Source: Desulfobulbales bacterium
GTDB taxonomy: Bacteria; Desulfobacterota; Desulfobulbia; Desulfobulbales; Desulfocapsaceae
Length of the DNA: 64,000 nt
Reading direction: 5' to 3'
Assembly (NCBI GenBank): GCA_038204235.1
Contig: JBBRDD010000002.1
Location: 4,583 to 68,582 of the forward strand
Shown: in pieces, positions 59,261-64,000 of the stretch
How positions within the stretch are numbered: position 1 is the stretch's first letter
Layout: every line of letters begins with the position of its first letter
Notes under the pieces: model-generated
Databases searched by the model: none
Told to the model about the DNA's origin: nothing
Seen by the model: the letters and a program-made list of their open reading frames with translations, nothing else
Made by a program: the position numbers and the translations under genes

Positions 59261-61164
59261 AGGGTCACATTTCGGTTAATCATGTATTTGTCATACCACG
59301 CCTGGAAAACAACCATTGACCAGATAAGGGTATCATGAATTTCCTTCCCGGAGAAATGTTCTTCAAGAATTCTATTTACAGTCGGATAATTGAGAATGTT
59401 GTGTTTACGTAAATTTGATTCGGAAAGACTTTCAAACACATAGGACTTCAATTCGTTTTTGAGCCAACTGGTCATGGGACCGACAAATCCTTGTTTCCGG
59501 TGATCAATGACCTCATGCGGGACAATATTGCGCACCGCTTTTTTCAAGAGATACTTCTTTTTAAACCATTTCATTTTCATTTCCGGAGGTATTGTAGCAC
59601 AAAATTCAAAGAACTTGTGGTCAAGAAAAGGAACACGAACTTCCAGAGAATTCTGCATACTCATACGGTCAGTTACTGCAAGAATATCCTCAGGCAAATA
59701 CGTTTTTATGTCGCAATACAATGCCCGGTTGATTGAATCAGAATTGCCTGAAACGTTGCTTGTATTAAAATGGTTTAAAAATGTATCTCTTGCATATTTC
59801 TGCTGCTTCTCAAAAAACTGATGGTCGGCAAAGAAAATATTCCTGATTTCAGGCTTAATCTTATTGATGAAGCCGAAATAACATTCGTCTGGAGGCAACG
59901 CAGAAGATCGGACAAAGCGCTTCATGTGGTTTATTGTATAATGTCCATCAGCGCGTTCCGGAATCCTTTCTACCAGGGGACGGATGAAGCCTTCACGAAC
60001 AAAGGAAGGTATCCGCCGAAACAAACTGCTCAGCTGAAACCCCAGATACCGCTCATATCCGGTAAAAACTTCGTCACCTCCTAATCCGGAAAGAGCTACC
60101 GTTACGTTCTCGCGTGCCAATTTACACACATAGTATGATGGTATAGCCGAATCATCCGCAAATGGTTCGTCAAAAGCCCTCACAATGGTGTCAATCAGTC
60201 CTTCGGCACTGGGAAGCACCTCGAATTCTCTATGTGTGGTATTATATCGTTCGGCCACCTGCCTGGCGTAGCCTCTTTCATCCAGATAGCCACCAACTTC
60301 CCCACCGAATCCCATGCATATTGTGTTGATCGGGGTCTCGGAAAACTCGCTCATCAAGGCTACTATGGCACTTGAATCAACCCCTCCGCTGAGGAAGGCG
60401 CCTAGTGGAACCTCACTCATGAGATGAATACCTACCGATTCACGAAGCTGGTCCATTGCCCCTTGAATGAAGTATTGCTCACTTCTTCCCCGTTCAGGCC
60501 TAAAGATAGGGTCCCAATATTTCCTTATGGTAAATTTGCCGTCTCGCCATGTCAGATTATGACCGGGAGGAAGTTTGCGAATATCTTTATAGATAGTCAA
60601 TTCCCCAGAAATGTACGACAGGGTGAAATAACCGGCCAGGGCCTGCTCATCTATTTCTCTCGGAAATAACTCATCGACTAATATTGCCTTCATCTCCGAG
60701 GCAAAGCAGAAACCACCTTGGTATAGGCCATAAAAGAGCGGTTTTATACCAAATCTGTCGCGGCTGACAAAAAGGACCCGTTCCGTTGCATCCCAGATGG
60801 CGAAAGCGAACATGCCCCTGAGGTGGTCGACACATGACTCACCCCATTGTTCGTATGCATGGAGAATCGTTTCCGTGTCTCCGTTCGTTTCAAATCGGTG
60901 CCCAAGGGCGATGAGTCTTTTTCTGAGCTCAGCGTAATTATAGATCTCACCATTAAAAACGATGCATTTCGTGCGGTCTTCATTGAAAACAGGTTGATGC
61001 CCACCGGCTACATCAATAATACTTAAACGACGATGGCCAAGACCGACATGTTCGTCCAGGTAGTAGCCTGCATCATCGGGTCCACGGTGTGCCAGGGTAT
61101 CAGTCGCTCTTTCGAGAAAAGCACGCCGAGGGTTTGCGGTCACTATTCCAAATATTCCGCACAT
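59257..61164 (-). CDS. asnB: Asparagine synthase-like glutamine amidotransferase (glycan amidation, WbpS-like)
   Basis: MCGIFG, HRGPD, HRRLSIID, FNGEIYN, LSGGVDSS and EVRVPFLD motifs. Confidence 0.92.
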   Translation of the reverse strand: MCGIFGIVTANPRRAFLERATDTLAHRGPDDAGYYLDEHVGLGHRRLSIIDVAGGHQPVFNEDRTKCIVFNGEIYNYAELRKRLIALGHRFETNGDTETILHAYEQWGESCVDHLRGMFAFAIWDATERVLFVSRDRFGIKPLFYGLYQGGFCFASEMKAILVDELFPREIDEQALAGYFTLSYISGELTIYKDIRKLPPGHNLTWRDGKFTIRKYWDPIFRPERGRSEQYFIQGAMDQLRESVGIHLMSEVPLGAFLSGGVDSSAIVALMSEFSETPINTICMGFGGEVGGYLDERGYARQVAERYNTTHREFEVLPSAEGLIDTIVRAFDEPFADDSAIPSYYVCKLARENVTVALSGLGGDEVFTGYERYLGFQLSSLFRRIPSFVREGFIRPLVERIPERADGHYTINHMKRFVRSSALPPDECYFGFINKIKPEIRNIFFADHQFFEKQQKYARDTFLNHFNTSNVSGNSDSINRALYCDIKTYLPEDILAVTDRMSMQNSLEVRVPFLDHKFFEFCATIPPEMKMKWFKKKYLLKKAVRNIVPHEVIDHRKQGFVGPMTSWLKNELKSYVFESLSESNLRKHNILNYPTVNRILEEHFSGKEIHDTLIWSMVVFQAWYDKYMINRNVTL

Positions 61165-61213
61165 TTGAAGCACCTAGTATAGTTAGTGGTATACGTTAGA
61201 CTACAATACATTA

Positions 61214-62233
61214 TTATCCTTTGCCTCTTTCGTGTTCGATAATAATATCGCACGCAGTTTCGGCTGTAACCGCCGGCTTCCATCCCAGTTCACGCGAGAT
61301 TTTTGAAGCATCGTACACGATGGGATTTTGTGAAGAGATAAGCCGATATATGGTGAGGACAGGTTGTCTTTTCATGAGCTCGAACAATTTTTCCTGAAAA
61401 AACACTATCAGTTTCAATACGCCCAAAGGGACATAAATGGTAAGTGAACCAGGATAGAGCTTGTTAACAAGTCTTGCCATGTACTCTTTTTTCGTCACTT
61501 TTTGCGGATCAATTACGTTATATGTTTTATTTGTACTCTTTTGATTAGTCATGGCAATGAAGATAGCCTCGACCATATTATCGACATAAACGAGTGGCAG
61601 GACCAAATAGCCGTCGCCAATAACGGCAAATAATTTGCTGCCGAAAGACAAACCCAGCATAGGCGTATAGACATCGCCACCAGGCCCATAAATGGTCCCC
61701 GGTCTCAGGCAAACAATCGGAACTGTTCCTTTCTGCATGATCCTGGTCACCAATTGCTCGGCCTTAAACTTGGCGTCAGTATACGCACCTCGTTTTTCAG
61801 AAAACCGCTCAAGTGATGAGTCTTCAGTAACCAATTCTCCCTGTGGGTAGTCCGCTACGCCATAAACGTTGCAGGAACTGATATAGATCAGTTTCTTGAC
61901 GTGGTATCGTTCACAGAGGGTCAAAATATTTGCTGTCCCCTGAATGGTGCTGAGCTTGCCTGCATCTTTACTGCCGCGGGTGTCAGCTGCCGCGTGAATA
62001 ACATAATCGACTCCCTCGAAGGGTGCTTTCAAGGATTCGGCGTCGCCAACGTCACCACGGAAGATTGTCACATTAGGTAAGCGCAAACGGTCAACCTGCG
62101 ATGATGTCCTGACCAGGGCATGCACGAAGCATCCGTGCGCTGAAAGCATGGTTACTGTTCTGCTTCCCAGAAAACCGCTGGCTCCAGTTACCAGAACTAC
62201 CTTACCGACCAGTTCATTTTCCTGTAGCATCAA
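61214..62233 (-). CDS. NAD-dependent epimerase/dehydratase (extended SDR)
   Basis: TGASGFLG, YTDAK and RPGTIYGPG motifs. Confidence 0.88.
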   Translation of the reverse strand: MMLQENELVGKVVLVTGASGFLGSRTVTMLSAHGCFVHALVRTSSQVDRLRLPNVTIFRGDVGDAESLKAPFEGVDYVIHAAADTRGSKDAGKLSTIQGTANILTLCERYHVKKLIYISSCNVYGVADYPQGELVTEDSSLERFSEKRGAYTDAKFKAEQLVTRIMQKGTVPIVCLRPGTIYGPGGDVYTPMLGLSFGSKLFAVIGDGYLVLPLVYVDNMVEAIFIAMTNQKSTNKTYNVIDPQKVTKKEYMARLVNKLYPGSLTIYVPLGVLKLIVFFQEKLFELMKRQPVLTIYRLISSQNPIVYDASKISRELGWKPAVTAETACDIIIEHERGKG

Positions 62234-63614
62234 GCACTCTCTTTACCAGACGTAAGGCCAGCTGGCCAATGGTGAGGCCGGTGTTGGCATATGAATGTTC
62301 CTGAACGACAGAGCCATCACAAACAAAAACATTATCGAAAAACTTCAGTTTAAGATCTTTATCGACAAGATCCTCGTCCGTGCTGCCAAGGGGTACGGTG
62401 CAGGAATGATGGGCTGCCGACCAGAGCCAGTCTTCGGTGATATCCGTTACGATGTTAACTTTCTCGGCAACATCCAGCAGCATCCCGTTGAGCTTTTCCA
62501 ACAAAGATCGGTAAATAGCAAGTTCATCCGCAGAGATGGTCCAATCAACCCGCAAGTCGGCCCCATCATAGTAGACACGATTATTACCTCTTTTTTGCTC
62601 GGCTATGAACAAAACATTGTAAGTGCAACTCGGGATGTTGACTCCGAACAGATGGGAAAAAATTTCAGCGATAATATCCGGATGAAATATCTTCCAGGAA
62701 AAAACATTGCGTAACCTGGCCAGTCCTGCGCTGGCTCCCAGCAACGATTTATATTTATACACAGCAAGACGATTATCCATGGTCAAGGCAGGCCGGAAGA
62801 AAGCACAACAAGTATACTGTCCGCATGCGCTTTTCAGGCGAATAGCATTTCTGCTGACGAAATCTCCCTTGTCAAACATCGAAAGTTGTCCAACCAGCCC
62901 GGCAACTCTCTTATTGAATCGCACTTTGCCCACAAAACCCATTGGGTGGTCAATAAACCCGGTACCAAGTCTATCAAAACGATTTCCCGATGCCTTAAGC
63001 ATCTCCATTAAAATTTTGGGGCTGCCAAACGCTCCTGCAGCGACAATCACAACATCGGCATCAATAGAATACTCTGTTGAGTCAATGAAATAGGTGATTT
63101 TATTGAGCCGTCTGCCTTCGAAATCGAAACCAATCCTGGTAACAGAGTAATTATCGTTGACCCTTGGGTCTATGCTTAATTTTTTGAATTTTTTAGGATA
63201 AATCAAACAATCAATGCCATCAGAGAATACACCGATGTTTTTTGCTATCGTGGTGACTTCTGCTACTAATTCCTCATAGGCCAGAGAGTAGGACGCATTA
63301 TTGAAGAAAAGGACAGACGCCGCCTTGTCAGTGAAAGATTGTGCCTCGGACAGCACTGCACCGAAATCCTGACCGATAACATCATCCCGGTTGATGGGGA
63401 TCAATCCATTGTGCCAAAGATTGGTTGTCCCTCCACCGCCGAAACAGAAAGTGTAAACTTCCGCGAGCTTTTTCTTATCGAAACTGATCTGCGGATATCG
63501 AATTGAATTTTTGCAGCCGATCTCAAGCAATGTTACATCGGCATGTTCAGCCAGCTCATTGCAAATTAATGAACCAGCGAGACCTCCGCCGATCACCACA
63601 ATTTTTTTCCTCAT
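62214..63614 (-). CDS. GMC-family FAD oxidoreductase
   Basis: IGGGLAG, GGGGTTNLW, AAGAFGSP, DHP, HHSCT and NVFVCDGS motifs. Confidence 0.82.
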   Translation of the reverse strand: MRKKIVVIGGGLAGSLICNELAEHADVTLLEIGCKNSIRYPQISFDKKKLAEVYTFCFGGGGTTNLWHNGLIPINRDDVIGQDFGAVLSEAQSFTDKAASVLFFNNASYSLAYEELVAEVTTIAKNIGVFSDGIDCLIYPKKFKKLSIDPRVNDNYSVTRIGFDFEGRRLNKITYFIDSTEYSIDADVVIVAAGAFGSPKILMEMLKASGNRFDRLGTGFIDHPMGFVGKVRFNKRVAGLVGQLSMFDKGDFVSRNAIRLKSACGQYTCCAFFRPALTMDNRLAVYKYKSLLGASAGLARLRNVFSWKIFHPDIIAEIFSHLFGVNIPSCTYNVLFIAEQKRGNNRVYYDGADLRVDWTISADELAIYRSLLEKLNGMLLDVAEKVNIVTDITEDWLWSAAHHSCTVPLGSTDEDLVDKDLKLKFFDNVFVCDGSVVQEHSYANTGLTIGQLALRLVKRVLDATGK

Positions 63615-64000
63615 CCATTCCCTCCAGTCGGCAAACCCGACTGTCACACCATTGTCTATTCTGCCCTGCAGTCAAGCCGAGCCAGCGCTTGCAAAGATGG
63701 AATAACAATAAGATTTAAATAAGAATATTCGCCATTTCCGGAGTCAGAAACGGATGTAAAAAACACTCAAGCAGCAGCTTCCCTGAACGGAGATAACCAC
63801 AGACCAACTCAAGGCGAAAGAATATACACAGCTCAGTGCAGTACTCAACCGCAACAATAACACACACCTCCCGCCTCAACAAGATTTCGGTATATTCGAA
63901 AACAGAGGTGCCACAAAGGGTATAAACGATAAACAAAAATTAGTCACACAGCGATTCATAAACAAATCAGTGACCACTCGGAAACTCCCTTCCATCAGGG

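Noticed and set aside
58403-59338. 311-aa plus-strand ORF
   Set aside because: Antisense to a well-supported GT2 and the end of asnB, with no family motif.

Overview
The window is a 64-kb section of a large Gram-negative surface-polysaccharide locus of the exosortase/EpsI (PEP-CTERM-associated) type. A Desulfobacterota-like host is an inference from gene content only. Two minus-strand glycan blocks (1-18.6 kb and 56-63.6 kb) encode exosortase, EpsI, many GT2/GT4 enzymes, an O-antigen ligase/Wzy-like protein, a flippase, a deacetylase, an acyltransferase, an ATP-grasp/PLP-decarboxylase pair, AsnB, an SDR and a GMC oxidoreductase. Between them lie three modules. (i) A three-gene NRPS cluster with its own Sfp PPTase and type II thioesterase, in which many catalytic motifs are non-canonical: a Cys-loading Cy module with altered cyclodehydration residues, a Ser-less carrier before an E domain, a Cys-nucleophile TE, and a His-less C domain. 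(ii) Two giant convergent secreted DUF4082/Ig-like repeat proteins with enzyme domains. (iii) A WbpB/WbpD-WbpE-like amino-sugar operon facing lhgO. The best candidate for an undescribed system is an NRPS that decorates an exopolysaccharide or surface glycan with an amino-acyl or peptidyl group, rather than making a free metabolite. No rRNA, tRNA, CRISPR array or transposase was recognised.
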